This document shows positions 26,721 through 37,434 of a stretch of DNA of 64,000 nucleotides, piece after piece; position 1 is the first letter of the stretch, and each line of letters begins with the position of its first letter. The translations under genes and the position numbers were made by a program. Source of the stretch: an uncultured Spirochaetaceae bacterium (GTDB lineage Bacteria; Spirochaetota; Spirochaetia; Treponematales; Treponemataceae); assembly GCA_902802305.1 (NCBI GenBank), contig CADCLG010000020.1, positions 10,335 through 74,334 of the forward strand, read 5' to 3'. The notes under the pieces were generated by a model. It had not been told where the DNA came from. It ran no database searches and saw only the letters and a program-made list of their open reading frames with translations.

Positions 26721-28391
26721 ATGGCTAACTCTGTTAAAATTACTTTTAAAATCAATGAAAAAGAAATAGCAAAAAAAGAAATAGAAATTGGAACTCAGGT
26801 TTCAAGCCTGCTGGATAATTTTAATATCGATAAAAACACAATTTACGCGGTTCTAATCAACAATGAACTTTGTCCGCTTGATTCAAAAATTAAATATACG
26901 TCAACACTTGAACCAATTTTGAACAATACAAAGGAAGGTTCTTCGGTTTATCGACGTTCATTATGTCTACTTCTTGCGGCTGCTGCTCATAATATTTTTC
27001 CTGATACACGACTGCTTGTCGGTCACAGTTTAGGACACGGCTACTACTACACTCTCGATAATGGTAAAAAAATAGAAGCAAAACAAATTACAAGCTTAGG
27101 ACGTGAAATGTCTGCCCTTGTAAAAAAGGATATTCCTATTTTAACAAGTGAGATTTCCTGGCAGGAAGCCGCTGATTTGTTTGAAAAAACAGGCCTCACC
27201 GAAACCCGCAAGCAGCTCAATTACAACTGCACGCCTTCAATCAAAATCAATACTTTAGATGATTTTTCTGACCTGTATTTTGGTCCACTTGTGCTTTCAA
27301 CCGGGGTTCTTAAAACTTTTGAACTAATGAAATACGGAAACGGTTTTCTTCTGCGCTTTCCAAAATCTTCAGAGCCAGATAAGCTTGCAACCTTCAAAGA
27401 TCAGCCAAAGCTTTTTGAAATATACAGTAAATACAAAGAATGGGGAAAGCGTGTCGGCGTAACTTCAGCAGCTTCTCTAAATAAAATTATTTCAAAGAAC
27501 GAAATCAATGATTTTATCGAAATCACCGAAACCTTACAGCAGAAGAATATTTCAAAAATTGCCTCACAAATTATAGACAAAGGCACAGTAAAGGTAGTTT
27601 TGATAGCAGGTCCTTCTTCCTCCGGCAAAACCACCTCAGCAAAAAAACTTGGACTTGAATTACAGGCTATGGGTTATCAGCCTAAAATCATCAGTCTTGA
27701 TAATTATTATATTGGACGAGATAAAACTCCCCTTGATGAAGAGGGAAAGCCTGATTATGAATGCCTTGAAGCCTTGAACATAAAGCTTCTGAACGACAAT
27801 CTTGTTGATTTATTTAATGGAAAAACAGTTACTATTCCAAGTTATGATTTCCATACAGGAACAAGTTATTTTGACGAGGAAAACAAGCTGACACTTCAAG
27901 AAAATGAAATCCTTATTTTGGAAGGAATCCACGGCTTGAACGATAAGCTGACTCCAAAAGTTCCAGCAGAATATAAGTTTAAGATTTATCTGTCAGCTCT
28001 TACCCAGCTTAATCTTGATGACCACAACAGAGTTTCCACAAGCGACAATAGACTTATCCGCCGCATAGTTCGTGACAATAATTTCAGGGGAAAACCAGCT
28101 GCCGGTACAATAGAGATGTGGCCGAGTGTTACAAGAGGAGAAGAACTTCATATATTTCCTTTCCAGAATAATGCAGACGCAATTTTGAACACAGCTCTTG
28201 ATTATGAACTTTCAGTTCTCAGGGTTTATGCGGCTCCTTTACTGCGCCAGGTTACTCCTGCAGAAAAAGAATATGCAGAAGCAAGACGGCTTTTAAGCTT
28301 CCTAGAAAACTTTTCTACGATTTCACCGACAGCTGTTCCACCGCGTAGTATTATTCGTGAATTTATTGGAGGTTCTGCTTTTCATTACTAA
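26721..28391 (+). CDS. Nucleoside (uridine) kinase with an N-terminal TGS/ThrRS-like domain
   Basis: YRRSL, GHSLG.GYY, IAGPSSSGKTT, LEGIHGLN, DNRLIRRIVRD and IREFIGGS motifs. Confidence 0.9.
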   Translation: MANSVKITFKINEKEIAKKEIEIGTQVSSLLDNFNIDKNTIYAVLINNELCPLDSKIKYTSTLEPILNNTKEGSSVYRRSLCLLLAAAAHNIFPDTRLLVGHSLGHGYYYTLDNGKKIEAKQITSLGREMSALVKKDIPILTSEISWQEAADLFEKTGLTETRKQLNYNCTPSIKINTLDDFSDLYFGPLVLSTGVLKTFELMKYGNGFLLRFPKSSEPDKLATFKDQPKLFEIYSKYKEWGKRVGVTSAASLNKIISKNEINDFIEITETLQQKNISKIASQIIDKGTVKVVLIAGPSSSGKTTSAKKLGLELQAMGYQPKIISLDNYYIGRDKTPLDEEGKPDYECLEALNIKLLNDNLVDLFNGKTVTIPSYDFHTGTSYFDEENKLTLQENEILILEGIHGLNDKLTPKVPAEYKFKIYLSALTQLNLDDHNRVSTSDNRLIRRIVRDNNFRGKPAAGTIEMWPSVTRGEELHIFPFQNNADAILNTALDYELSVLRVYAAPLLRQVTPAEKEYAEARRLLSFLENFSTISPTAVPPRSIIREFIGGSAFHY

Positions 28392-28821
28392 GGGCATCAT
28401 TTACCATTTTATTGGTTGCAACTTGTTCAATTTTCTTTTTTTCAAGAGCTTTGGCTTCTTCTTTATATTGAGCAAGTTGTATTTCCTTCATTTTTTCAAG
28501 AGCAGTTGTTTTTTTCATGCATTCAGTCAAGATTTCTCGTTTCTGCTGGGTAACAAGTTGTGCCTGGGCAAGCTGCTTTAACAATTCTTCTTTTTGATAA
28601 TTCAAAAGGGATTTATTCTGGCTCGCACTGATTACATCAGCAAAATCTACAGAGCCTTTCATATATTTATTGAGATTAGCCATTTGAGCAGCAATTGCTT
28701 TCAGGTTATTCTGGATTTCATTTTCTACAGCCAGAGCCTTGGCAAGTTCGCCTTCTGCTTCTTTTCTTTCAAAATCCCTGAACTCTAAAACTTTTTCTAA
28801 TTCAAATGAAAACTTTTTCAC
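28363..28821 (-). CDS. fliJ: Flagellar export protein FliJ
   Basis: MKKFSFELEKVLEFR N-terminus; coiled coil; downstream of fliI; GTG start. Confidence 0.88.
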   Translation of the reverse strand: MKKFSFELEKVLEFRDFERKEAEGELAKALAVENEIQNNLKAIAAQMANLNKYMKGSVDFADVISASQNKSLLNYQKEELLKQLAQAQLVTQQKREILTECMKKTTALEKMKEIQLAQYKEEAKALEKKKIEQVATNKMVNDALSNEKQNLQ

Positions 28822-28859
28822 TCAGCTACCTTATGCTTTTATATTTTGATTTGATATTT

Positions 28860-30278
28860 TCAGGAATCAGCTCTTTTCTGTTCATCAACAAGCCGGGCCG
28901 TAGAAGGAATAGACAAGGCAGGAGATTCGACATATTCTTCTTCAGGGATTTTAATGCCGGTAAGTTCAGACATTTTATTTAAGGTTTCTTCCATCGGGCA
29001 AGGTTCGTATTCTTCCTGCTTTAAAAAGTCTTCAATAGGCTCATGCATATCAATTGCAGCATCTATTTGGGCAGAGTTCCCCTTCTGATAGATTCCGGCT
29101 GTTATCATAGTTTCATTTTCCTGATAAGTTGCCATTAAAGTTCTTATTTTACCGGCCGCGTTTCTTGTAGTTTTTCCTGTAACTCGGTTAGAAAGACGAC
29201 TGATTGAGGCAAGAACATCAATTGCCGGATAATGATAAGCCTGAGCAAGTTTTCTATTCAAAACAATATGTCCGTCCAGAATACCTCGTACAGCATCTGT
29301 TATTGGTTCGTTCATATCATCAGAATCTACAAGAACATTATAAAAGGCTGTAATGGAACCTTTATCATTTGTACCGGTGCGTTCCATCAGCTTTGGCAGC
29401 ATATCGAATACAGAAGGAGGATAGCCACCGTTTACAGGCAATTCGCCGCTGGATGTACCAATTTCAAGCTGAGCCTTTGCAAAACGGGTAACATTATCTA
29501 CCATAAGGACAACATCTTTTCCCAAATCGCGGAAATATTCTGCAACAGCAGTACAAACATAAGCGGCTCGCACACGACAGATTGCAGGCTGATCCCCTGT
29601 AGCGACGACAACAACAGAACGTTTCAATCCTTCTTTACCTAAATCACGGTCAATAAAATCCAGAACTTCACGTCCACGTTCACCAATCAAACCGATTACA
29701 TTTATATCTGCGTTGGAATTACGAGCAATCATACTAAGCAAGGTTGATTTTCCAACACCTGAACCCGCAAAAATACCAATTCGCTGGCCCTTACCGATTG
29801 TAAGTAAAGAATCAATGGCTCTTACCCCTGTTGTTATTCTTTTATTTACCGGTAGTCTCGTCATAGGGTCTGGAGCAGTTTGAATTGCCGGATAATAATT
29901 TTCGGGAACTATTTCACCACTACCATCACAGGCATGTCCGGTAGCATCAATTACACGTCCCAAGAGAGAATTACCGACAGGAACCTGTAAGGTTTTTCCA
30001 GAAGCAGTTACAATACAGCCAACTTCAATTCCCTTTGTATTACCAAAAGGAGTAAGGCGTACTTTTTTGCCTTCAAGCCCAATTACCTCAGCCAGCAGAT
30101 TACTTCCATCGCGTAACTTAACATTACAAATTTCACCAATTACAGAACGGGGCCCTTCACTTTCAATTTCAAGTCCCTTTACGGCAGTTACATGGCCTAT
30201 GTAAAGAATAGTCTCTGAATCAACAACCTTTTCCAGATATTTTGTCAGATTAAATTCAGCAGTATATGAAGATTTCAT
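28860..30278 (-). CDS. fliI: Flagellar export ATPase FliI
   Basis: GQRIGIFAGSGVGKS, GERGREV, GYPPSVF and ILDGHIVL motifs. Confidence 0.97.
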   Translation of the reverse strand: MKSSYTAEFNLTKYLEKVVDSETILYIGHVTAVKGLEIESEGPRSVIGEICNVKLRDGSNLLAEVIGLEGKKVRLTPFGNTKGIEVGCIVTASGKTLQVPVGNSLLGRVIDATGHACDGSGEIVPENYYPAIQTAPDPMTRLPVNKRITTGVRAIDSLLTIGKGQRIGIFAGSGVGKSTLLSMIARNSNADINVIGLIGERGREVLDFIDRDLGKEGLKRSVVVVATGDQPAICRVRAAYVCTAVAEYFRDLGKDVVLMVDNVTRFAKAQLEIGTSSGELPVNGGYPPSVFDMLPKLMERTGTNDKGSITAFYNVLVDSDDMNEPITDAVRGILDGHIVLNRKLAQAYHYPAIDVLASISRLSNRVTGKTTRNAAGKIRTLMATYQENETMITAGIYQKGNSAQIDAAIDMHEPIEDFLKQEEYEPCPMEETLNKMSELTGIKIPEEEYVESPALSIPSTARLVDEQKRADS

Positions 30279-30288
30279 AAAACAGCTC

Positions 30289-31221
30289 CTACTCTACAGC
30301 AGTTAAACTGTCAGTCCGTTTTATGTTCTTAACAGGAGAAACCTCAAGAATCTTATTTTCAAGCTCCTGCAGCTGGCTTGAAATACGGGCATCTATAGCA
30401 CCAAAGTCAGTTTCTACAATACAGCCACCGCGTTCAACAGATGAATCTTCAATTACAGTAATTCCATTTACATTTTCAACATGCTGTATAAACTCGGAAA
30501 TATGAGAGGTAGTAAGCTTTACATCTTCAAGATTTACACGAAGAATTACATTTCCCCTGCTCTTTACTTTTTTAAGGGCAGCAAGTGTATTTGCCATTAC
30601 GACATTTTTTTGATTTTCAGACAGGATTTTTACAACCTTTCTGGCCATTAAAATAACCAGTTCTACAATCTGACTTTCAGTTTCCTGTAATATTTCTTCA
30701 CGACGAAGCATAACTGCTTCCAGCATTTTGTGCATTCTGTCAACAAGACGATTTCCTTCATCTTTTCCCTGAGCATAACCTTCTTCATGACCATGCTCAA
30801 AACCATCTTTCTGTGCTTCGCTATAAAGACGCTCCTGTTCCTTCTGAGCATCTGCAATTATCTGAGCAGCCTCTTGCTTTGCCTTTTCTATTATTGAATT
30901 TGCCTCAGTCTGAGCATCTGCCTTAATTACAGCAGCCTGATCCGTTTGACGTTTTACTTCAGAAAATGCAGCAGTTTCGGCATTTTTTAAAATCTGATCA
31001 GCCTGAGCCTGGGCCTCTTTAAGCATAACATGTTTTTCCTGCTCAAATTTAGCCCTATATTCGTCTGCTTCTTTTTTCAGTTCCTCAACAGTTGGACCTG
31101 TATATTCTTCTTTTACTTCTTCTACTTCTTCTTCAACAGGAGCAAAATTATGAACCAATGGTAAGAGAACTTTTTTATCTTCTAACTTTGTTTCACCAGG
31201 ACGAAAAACTGATTTTGCCAT
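30289..31221 (-). CDS. fliH: Flagellar assembly protein FliH
   Basis: GxxxG repeats (DGFEHGHEEGYAQG); GGCIVETDFGAIDARI. Confidence 0.95.
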   Translation of the reverse strand: MAKSVFRPGETKLEDKKVLLPLVHNFAPVEEEVEEVKEEYTGPTVEELKKEADEYRAKFEQEKHVMLKEAQAQADQILKNAETAAFSEVKRQTDQAAVIKADAQTEANSIIEKAKQEAAQIIADAQKEQERLYSEAQKDGFEHGHEEGYAQGKDEGNRLVDRMHKMLEAVMLRREEILQETESQIVELVILMARKVVKILSENQKNVVMANTLAALKKVKSRGNVILRVNLEDVKLTTSHISEFIQHVENVNGITVIEDSSVERGGCIVETDFGAIDARISSQLQELENKILEVSPVKNIKRTDSLTAVE

Positions 31222-31236
31222 ATTTTATAATTCCTA

Positions 31237-32343
31237 TTAGGTAACTAACTCATCCTCACCAGAACGTGCAATAACAATATCACCGCTGTCTTCAAGACGA
31301 CGAATAATTGATACAATCTTCTGCTGAGATTCTTCTACATCCTTCAAGCGGACAGGTCCCATGAATTCCATATCTTCCTTGAGCATGGAGGCCGCACGCT
31401 TAGACATATTTCCAAAGATTTTATCCTGAACTTCAGTATCAACAGATTTAAGAGCCTTTGCCAATTCCTGCTGGTCAACATCACGCAGAACCTTCTGAAT
31501 AGCACGGTTGTCGAGCATAACGATATCTTCGAATACGAACATTCGTTTTTTGATATCCTCTGCCAAATCTGGATCGTCCTCTTCCAAAGATTCGATAATT
31601 GACTTTTCAGAAGAACGGTCAACAAGGTTCAAGATTTCTACGATAGTATCAACACCACCTGCTGCTGTATAGTCTTCTGAAGAAAGTGTAGATAGCTTCT
31701 TTTCCAATACACGTTCTACTTCACGCAAAACATCTGGTGATGTTCGGTCCATTGTGGCAAGTCGCTTTGAAACCTCTGGCTGCATGTCTTCCGGCAGATT
31801 CTGAAGAATTATAGCGGCTTTGCTAGGTTCAAGATAAGCAAGAATCAAGGCTATAGTCTGAGGATATTCCTGCTGAATAAAGTTGAGCAAGTGTGCCGGG
31901 TCTGTACGACGAATAAAATCAAAAGGACGAACCTGAAGAGAACTTGTAAGTCGGTTGATAATATCAATTGCTTTTTGTGAACCCAAAGATTTTTCCAAGA
32001 GCTCACGGGCGTAATCAATACCACCAGTCGTAATAAAGTTCTGCGCATTCATCAATTCCTGGAATTCTTCAAGAACTGCATCCTTAAAATCAGGATTTAC
32101 CTTTTCCTGACGGGCAATTTCAAAAGTCAGAGTTTCAACTTCATCTTCACGCAGATGCTTCATGATTTCTGCAGAAACATCCGGTCCTAAAGAAATAAGA
32201 AAGATGGCTGCTTTCTGTCGGCCTGTAAGGCTTTTATAATCTTTTGCATTTTTTTTGTTGGATGAACCGGCTGGCTTCAAACTGCCTGGCTTTGGAACCG
32301 GCTTTACTGTACTTTTACTTTTATCAGTGCTTTCATCAGCCAT
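31237..32343 (-). CDS. fliG: Flagellar motor switch protein FliG
   Basis: QKAAIFL, GGIDYA, QEYPQTIA, MFVFED and MSKRAA motifs. Confidence 0.98.
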   Translation of the reverse strand: MADESTDKSKSTVKPVPKPGSLKPAGSSNKKNAKDYKSLTGRQKAAIFLISLGPDVSAEIMKHLREDEVETLTFEIARQEKVNPDFKDAVLEEFQELMNAQNFITTGGIDYARELLEKSLGSQKAIDIINRLTSSLQVRPFDFIRRTDPAHLLNFIQQEYPQTIALILAYLEPSKAAIILQNLPEDMQPEVSKRLATMDRTSPDVLREVERVLEKKLSTLSSEDYTAAGGVDTIVEILNLVDRSSEKSIIESLEEDDPDLAEDIKKRMFVFEDIVMLDNRAIQKVLRDVDQQELAKALKSVDTEVQDKIFGNMSKRAASMLKEDMEFMGPVRLKDVEESQQKIVSIIRRLEDSGDIVIARSGEDELVT

Positions 32344-32347
32344 TACT

Positions 32348-34054
32348 CTATTCCTCCATCAACCAAGTTCTAATAAGCATTGCGACGTCTTCAGGATGCT
32401 CTTTTGCCATAGAAATTGCATTTTCCTGAAGTTCCATTCTTCTTGTTTCTTCGACTGACATGGTAACTTCCATACCATCGTCCTTTGCATCCCAAAGAGC
32501 ACGTTCTCTTGCTGCCTGCTGCTCTGCAAGAAGTCTTGCTTCTCTTTCGCGGCGACGGCGTTCAATTTCCTTACTGATAACTCTGAATAAGATAAATCCA
32601 ATAAGAACAACAACAACTGTAATAAGAATAAGAACAATCATCCTCTGTCGCTGCAATTTTGCAAAATAAGCGGCATCCTTAGCAGCAAATTCATCTGTTC
32701 TATCATAAGGAATATTAGTTACAACAACTAAATCTCCACGCTCGCGATTAAAGAGAGTTGAACCTTTAATTAAGTTTTCTGCTCTGGTAATTTCCTCAGG
32801 AGTAAGTCCAGTATAAACTCTTTTAAGTCCGCCTTTTTCATCAATTACAGGCTTACCGTTTTCCTTTATTTCTTCCCAGCGTCCATCAATATTCAAGGCA
32901 ACAGAAATTCTGTCAATTTTTGGCGCAGAAATTTCCTGAGTCTGTTTTGTATTGATTACATTATTCTGAGTAAGTCCAGTTTCTGTTGACTTACCAATCA
33001 CATTTGACATATCAGAATAAACAGGTGGAGTTTGACCTTCTACACCAGCCGGACCTTCTGGATTAAAGCCAGTTCCCTGCCATTCTTTTGTAACCGTCTG
33101 CTGGCTCAGTGGCAAAACATCTCTATATTCAGAATCATCATAAGGTGTATCAGGATTATCCGGTTTAATTACAATTGGTGAATATTCAGTTATAGTGCTG
33201 GTTCTCTGAGAAGTATCCATTTCAATTCTGACAACCATATCACGGCAGCGGTCAGGAGTATAAGTATTCTGGAAAAGTGCAAGAATATCAGCGCGATACT
33301 GAGTAGCCAGTTTAAGCTTGAATTTTTCTGTTCGCTCGTTCAGGGTGAGACGGTCGTAATCAGCCATTCCTTCAAAATCATTTACCTGCTGACCAGTTTC
33401 ATCTGCAATAATAATGTTTGAATCATCAAGTCCTTCTACGGCAGAAAGAATAAGTCTCTGCAAACCTAAAACACGATTTTTGTCTTTTAACAAAGTGCTG
33501 TTAGGAGATTTTGTTTTAATGATTACACTTGCCGAAACAGGTGCCTGATCCTGAGAAAAAAGCTGCTTTTCAGGTAAAACAATATTTACATCAGCCATTG
33601 CAACTTCATCAATAGCTTCAATGTGATTTTTAAGCTGCTTTTGAATTGTATTCTTTAATTTTACATTCTGATCTGAATCTGTGGTAGACCAGCTTCTGTC
33701 ATAAAATCCAGCCCAAGGGTCAATGCTAGAAGGAACCAGATTTTCACTGATTAAAATTTCCCGCATACGTCTTGCAGTAGCTTCATCAGCAACTGTGATA
33801 TAACCATTTGAATCAGCCGAAGCTTCTACATTTGATTCAGAGATTCTATCAAGGATTTTTGTAAGTGCGGTGCTGTCAGTTACAGGGGCATTGAACAGCC
33901 GTACTGTTGACGGTCGTGAAGACAGACGTGCAGTAGCGAAGATTGCAACAATAACTACAACAATTATGCCAATAATAATGACTTTTTGTATTAGTGACCA
34001 CTTTTTCCAAAGTTCTTTTATTTTTGAAGCCACTTTTTTAAGCCATTCGTTCAT
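32348..34054 (-). CDS. fliF: Flagellar MS-ring protein FliF
   Basis: Two TM helices; SASV..SAVEGL; NPEGPAGVEG; PEDVAMLIRTWL C-terminus; position between fliE and fliG. Confidence 0.95.
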   Translation of the reverse strand: MNEWLKKVASKIKELWKKWSLIQKVIIIGIIVVVIVAIFATARLSSRPSTVRLFNAPVTDSTALTKILDRISESNVEASADSNGYITVADEATARRMREILISENLVPSSIDPWAGFYDRSWSTTDSDQNVKLKNTIQKQLKNHIEAIDEVAMADVNIVLPEKQLFSQDQAPVSASVIIKTKSPNSTLLKDKNRVLGLQRLILSAVEGLDDSNIIIADETGQQVNDFEGMADYDRLTLNERTEKFKLKLATQYRADILALFQNTYTPDRCRDMVVRIEMDTSQRTSTITEYSPIVIKPDNPDTPYDDSEYRDVLPLSQQTVTKEWQGTGFNPEGPAGVEGQTPPVYSDMSNVIGKSTETGLTQNNVINTKQTQEISAPKIDRISVALNIDGRWEEIKENGKPVIDEKGGLKRVYTGLTPEEITRAENLIKGSTLFNRERGDLVVVTNIPYDRTDEFAAKDAAYFAKLQRQRMIVLILITVVVVLIGFILFRVISKEIERRRREREARLLAEQQAARERALWDAKDDGMEVTMSVEETRRMELQENAISMAKEHPEDVAMLIRTWLMEE

Positions 34055-34191
34055 TAGTTCCCCTCCCTTTGAACGAATTTAGGGTAATTTATAAAGTAAA
34101 TTCAATTAATTATAACATAGGAGAATTTTTTTAGCAATAAAATATTTTTATAAGTTATGATATTTTATCAGAGTCAAAAAAATGTCAGAAA

Positions 34192-34542
34192 CTATCTTGT
34201 CGTAGTGATTTCGTTCCAGCCGCTTACAAGCCTGTCAATTACATTCTGAGCAAGATTAAGCGACATTCTGGCTTTAGACATTGCAATAGTTACATCATGA
34301 ATATCAACAGAATCAGGATCTGTAATAAGCTTTTCCTGAATTTTTGAAACATTTGTCTGCTGGGTATTTACTGTATTCATTGCATCCATCAAAAAAGACT
34401 GAAAAGAACCTTCTGTTTTTTTGGCTGCAAATTGATTTTCATAGCTGTTATTAATTTTTGCGTTACCGAAATGTCCTTCATTTGAACGCTGCAAAAGCAA
34501 AGTACCGAATTGTTCTATTTTCATATTGTTCCCACTTATCAT
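34192..34542 (-). CDS. fliE: Flagellar hook-basal body protein FliE
   Basis: SFQSFLMDAMNTVN..DIHDVTIAMSKA..WNEI. Confidence 0.93.
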   Translation of the reverse strand: MISGNNMKIEQFGTLLLQRSNEGHFGNAKINNSYENQFAAKKTEGSFQSFLMDAMNTVNTQQTNVSKIQEKLITDPDSVDIHDVTIAMSKARMSLNLAQNVIDRLVSGWNEITTTR

Positions 34543-34612
34543 AAGTTTACTCCTTCATTTTGTGACTGTCAATTCAAAAAGAAATACACAAACAGTCACA
34601 ATTTTTTAGAAA

Positions 34613-35071
34613 TTAGCGTCCGATATTAAGGGCAGCAGAAAACATTTCCTTTGCACCATCAATTACAGTTGCATTTGCCTCATAAGCGCGGGAAGCAGAA
34701 ATTAAATCAACCATTTCGTTAACAATATTTACGTTAGGATATTCAACATAACCTGCATTTGGCCCAGATTTTATAGCATCAGGATGATTTGGATCATAAA
34801 CAAGGCGGCCTTGACTTGTATCTTTTACAATCTCCATTACTTTTACGCCTTTTCCTGGTCCATTATCCAAAGAAGAAGGAACAAAAGGGCTATTCCATTG
34901 TGGATTTCCATCTGAAACAGGACGCAGAATTACAGAAGATTTTTTAAAAGCTCCACCTTCCTGTGTGCGTGTTGTAGATGCATTGGCTATATTGTTTGAA
35001 ATTACATCACTTCTTAATCTTTCTGCAGCCATTCCGGTAGCTGCAATATTTATACTAGTAAACATTCCCAT
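34613..35071 (-). CDS. flgC: Flagellar basal-body rod protein FlgC
   Basis: NNIANASTTRT, YDPNHPDA and PNVNIVNEMVDLISASRAYEAN motifs. Confidence 0.98.
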   Translation of the reverse strand: MGMFTSINIAATGMAAERLRSDVISNNIANASTTRTQEGGAFKKSSVILRPVSDGNPQWNSPFVPSSLDNGPGKGVKVMEIVKDTSQGRLVYDPNHPDAIKSGPNAGYVEYPNVNIVNEMVDLISASRAYEANATVIDGAKEMFSAALNIGR

Positions 35072-35099
35072 GACAGTTTCCCCCTATTCTACTTCTACT

Positions 35100-35516
35100 C
35101 TACTTTTTCATTGCAGTGTTAATCTGCTCGAACTCAAAGCTTGTTAATTGAGTCAACAGGCGATACTGCATCTGAATCTGGAGGATATTGTTTGCTTCTG
35201 TTTCAGCATCTACATTATTTCCATTTGCTTTTGCTGTACTTGTATAATCCAAAACTCTTCTGGGTGTAACTTCTCTATAATCCATTGGAGTATTAATCTG
35301 AATATGTCTTGCATCTGTAGTTGTAAGATGAAAAGAGTTTTTTGCTATTTCTTCTGATTCAAAGGCGCGCTTTAATTCACTTTCAAAATTAACTTCTGAG
35401 CGCTTAAAATTAGGAACTTCACTGTTTGCAAGATTATTTGCAGAAACCTGATAACGCAGTGAAGTAACGTCCATTTCCCGCTGTAACAAATCAACGGCTC
35501 TGGTAAAACTGTTCAT
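35100..35516 (-). CDS. flgB: Flagellar basal-body rod protein FlgB
   Basis: ANNLANSEVPNFKR and NGNNVD motifs. Confidence 0.97.
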   Translation of the reverse strand: MNSFTRAVDLLQREMDVTSLRYQVSANNLANSEVPNFKRSEVNFESELKRAFESEEIAKNSFHLTTTDARHIQINTPMDYREVTPRRVLDYTSTAKANGNNVDAETEANNILQIQMQYRLLTQLTSFEFEQINTAMKK

Positions 35517-35571
35517 ACGTTTATTTCCCCCTTTTGCATTATTAAATGCAGATTTTTGTTTACATCACTTG

Positions 35572-35599
35572 ATTTTCGGAGAAATAAACGTTTTGTTTA
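35572..35599 (-). promoter_or_regulatory. Sigma28 (FliA)-type promoter of the flgB operon
   Basis: Minus strand TAAA-N16-CCGAAAAT versus consensus TAAA-N15-GCCGATAA. Confidence 0.65.
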
Positions 35600-35600
35600 G

Positions 35601-36596
35601 TTATTTCAAAAAATATTTTGCCTTTGAATTGTTGTAATAAGAATTATCTACATAGTCTTTAACCTGATATTCTGAGTCGAGACGGCCGATGCTTACCAGG
35701 AATTGACATGTATCCTGCAAAGCAGCAGTATCAACCTCATCACACTGAACGGCAAAACCATATTTATCATAAAGCTTGAGCAGCTGCTCTGTAGAAAGCT
35801 TTAAATCATCAGCAACCTTCTGCTGATCTTCTTTAGAAGCACGTGGCAATTCTTTTACAGCACGGGCATACTGTTCAAGAATAACACTGATTACATCAGA
35901 ATTTGCCTTGATATAATCTGTACGGGCAAGGAAGGTATTTGTTCCGCGGAGATTTGTATCAGAACCTTTTGCAATGATTTTTGCAGTTCCATTGTCAACA
36001 AGGCGGGTAACATTAGGTTCCCAGATTACAACTGCATCTACATCATTTGTTGCAAGAACAATTCCAGCGTCACCTGCACTTATGTTTATAAGTTTGATAT
36101 CATCAAAAGTCATTCCATTTTTTTCAAGCAGTTTTTTTGTAAGATTATGTCCGGTAGAACCAATTACAGTTGCAACTTTTTTTCCTTTTAAGTCGGCAAA
36201 TGTATTAACTGCACTATTATTTGCATTTGCTAAAACAGCGTAAGCATCCGGCCCATTACCTGGAACACCAACGATAGTAACTTTCTGTCCAGCGGCAATT
36301 GCAGAAACAGTAGGAACATCACCGTTTGTACCGATATCAGAGAGTCCGGCAGCCAGAGATTCATTAATTGGAGGACCTGATTCAAAATCATTCCATTTTA
36401 CAGTTACCTGAGATTGAGCAAGAGCTTCCTCAATCCAGCCTTTTTCGCGGCAAAGATAAAGAGGCATAAATGCAGCAGAAGGCTGAATGGCAATATTAAC
36501 CGTACGCTTTGCATTTTTTCCAGATTTTTTACTGCAACCCGTAAATACACAGAAAACAAGCAAAAGAGCCAGCATAAACTTTGAATTTTTTTTCAT
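35601..36596 (-). CDS. SsuA/TauA-like ABC substrate-binding lipoprotein
   Basis: Lipobox FTGC; FESGPPINESLAAG, GDVP, DLKGKKVA and VIWEP motifs. Confidence 0.9.
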   Translation of the reverse strand: MKKNSKFMLALLLVFCVFTGCSKKSGKNAKRTVNIAIQPSAAFMPLYLCREKGWIEEALAQSQVTVKWNDFESGPPINESLAAGLSDIGTNGDVPTVSAIAAGQKVTIVGVPGNGPDAYAVLANANNSAVNTFADLKGKKVATVIGSTGHNLTKKLLEKNGMTFDDIKLINISAGDAGIVLATNDVDAVVIWEPNVTRLVDNGTAKIIAKGSDTNLRGTNTFLARTDYIKANSDVISVILEQYARAVKELPRASKEDQQKVADDLKLSTEQLLKLYDKYGFAVQCDEVDTAALQDTCQFLVSIGRLDSEYQVKDYVDNSYYNNSKAKYFLK

Positions 36597-36627
36597 TTTT
36601 TACTCCTATTTTTCTTCTGTTGAAGAA

Positions 36628-37425
36628 TTATTTATTTTCTTTGAAGAACAAATCGTATATTCTTCGACGTACATTTAAGAACTCAATACTATTTCTGTCT
36701 CTGAAATTTCCGTCTGTTTCGGGGAGCTCAACATTTATAGTTGCTTCAATTTTTCCAGGTCGACTTGTAAAAACAATTACTTTGTCTGCAAGAAAAACCG
36801 CTTCATCAATATCATGAGTAACAAGAATCATTGTTGTCTTTGATTCTTTTTGAATCCTCTTTAATTCCCTCTGCATATTAATTTTTGTAAAGGTATCTAA
36901 TGCACCAAAAGGTTCGTCCAAAAGTAAAACAGGTGGATTATTTACCAAAGCACGGGCTATTCCAGCACGTTGAGCCATTCCACCGGAAAGCTGACGGGGA
37001 TAGGAATTTTCAAATCCATTGAGTCTCACAAGATTTATATGCTGATCTACAAGCTGTTTTTTTGTCTTTTTATCCATTTTGGAAAGACCGTACATTATAT
37101 TCTGACGTACTGTCATCCAAGGAAAAAGTCTGTGTTCCTGGAAAACAATTCCCCTGCTCTTTTCAGGCTTTACAACAGGCTGACCATTTACTTTTATAAC
37201 TCCTTCATAGGCAGGGTCAAGGCCGGCAATGGCACGAAGTAAAGTAGATTTTCCACAACCACTGGCCCCTACGATACAGACCATTTCGCCTTTTGCTACA
37301 GAAAATGAAACATTCTGCAAAATCGGCATTTTTTCATCGCCACGGAGATAATATTTATTTACATTCTCAACCTGGATATAATTTTCTTCGGATATTTTTT
37401 CTTTTGCTAGAGTAGCTTCTGACAT
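36628..37425 (-). CDS. SsuB/TauB-like ABC ATP-binding protein
   Basis: GASGCGKS, FQEHRLFPW, LSGGMAQR and LLLDEPFGALD motifs. Confidence 0.93.
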   Translation of the reverse strand: MSEATLAKEKISEENYIQVENVNKYYLRGDEKMPILQNVSFSVAKGEMVCIVGASGCGKSTLLRAIAGLDPAYEGVIKVNGQPVVKPEKSRGIVFQEHRLFPWMTVRQNIMYGLSKMDKKTKKQLVDQHINLVRLNGFENSYPRQLSGGMAQRAGIARALVNNPPVLLLDEPFGALDTFTKINMQRELKRIQKESKTTMILVTHDIDEAVFLADKVIVFTSRPGKIEATINVELPETDGNFRDRNSIEFLNVRRRIYDLFFKENK

Positions 37426-37434
37426 ATTTTCTCC

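Noticed and set aside
26474..26728. 84-aa ORF upstream of the nucleoside kinase
   Set aside because: TTG start, no recognisable features; the region is better explained by the nested-stem element
34560..34601. Inverted repeat ttgtgactgt/acagtcacaa between flgC and fliE
   Set aside because: Single intra-operon stem with a large loop; most likely an ordinary mRNA stability element
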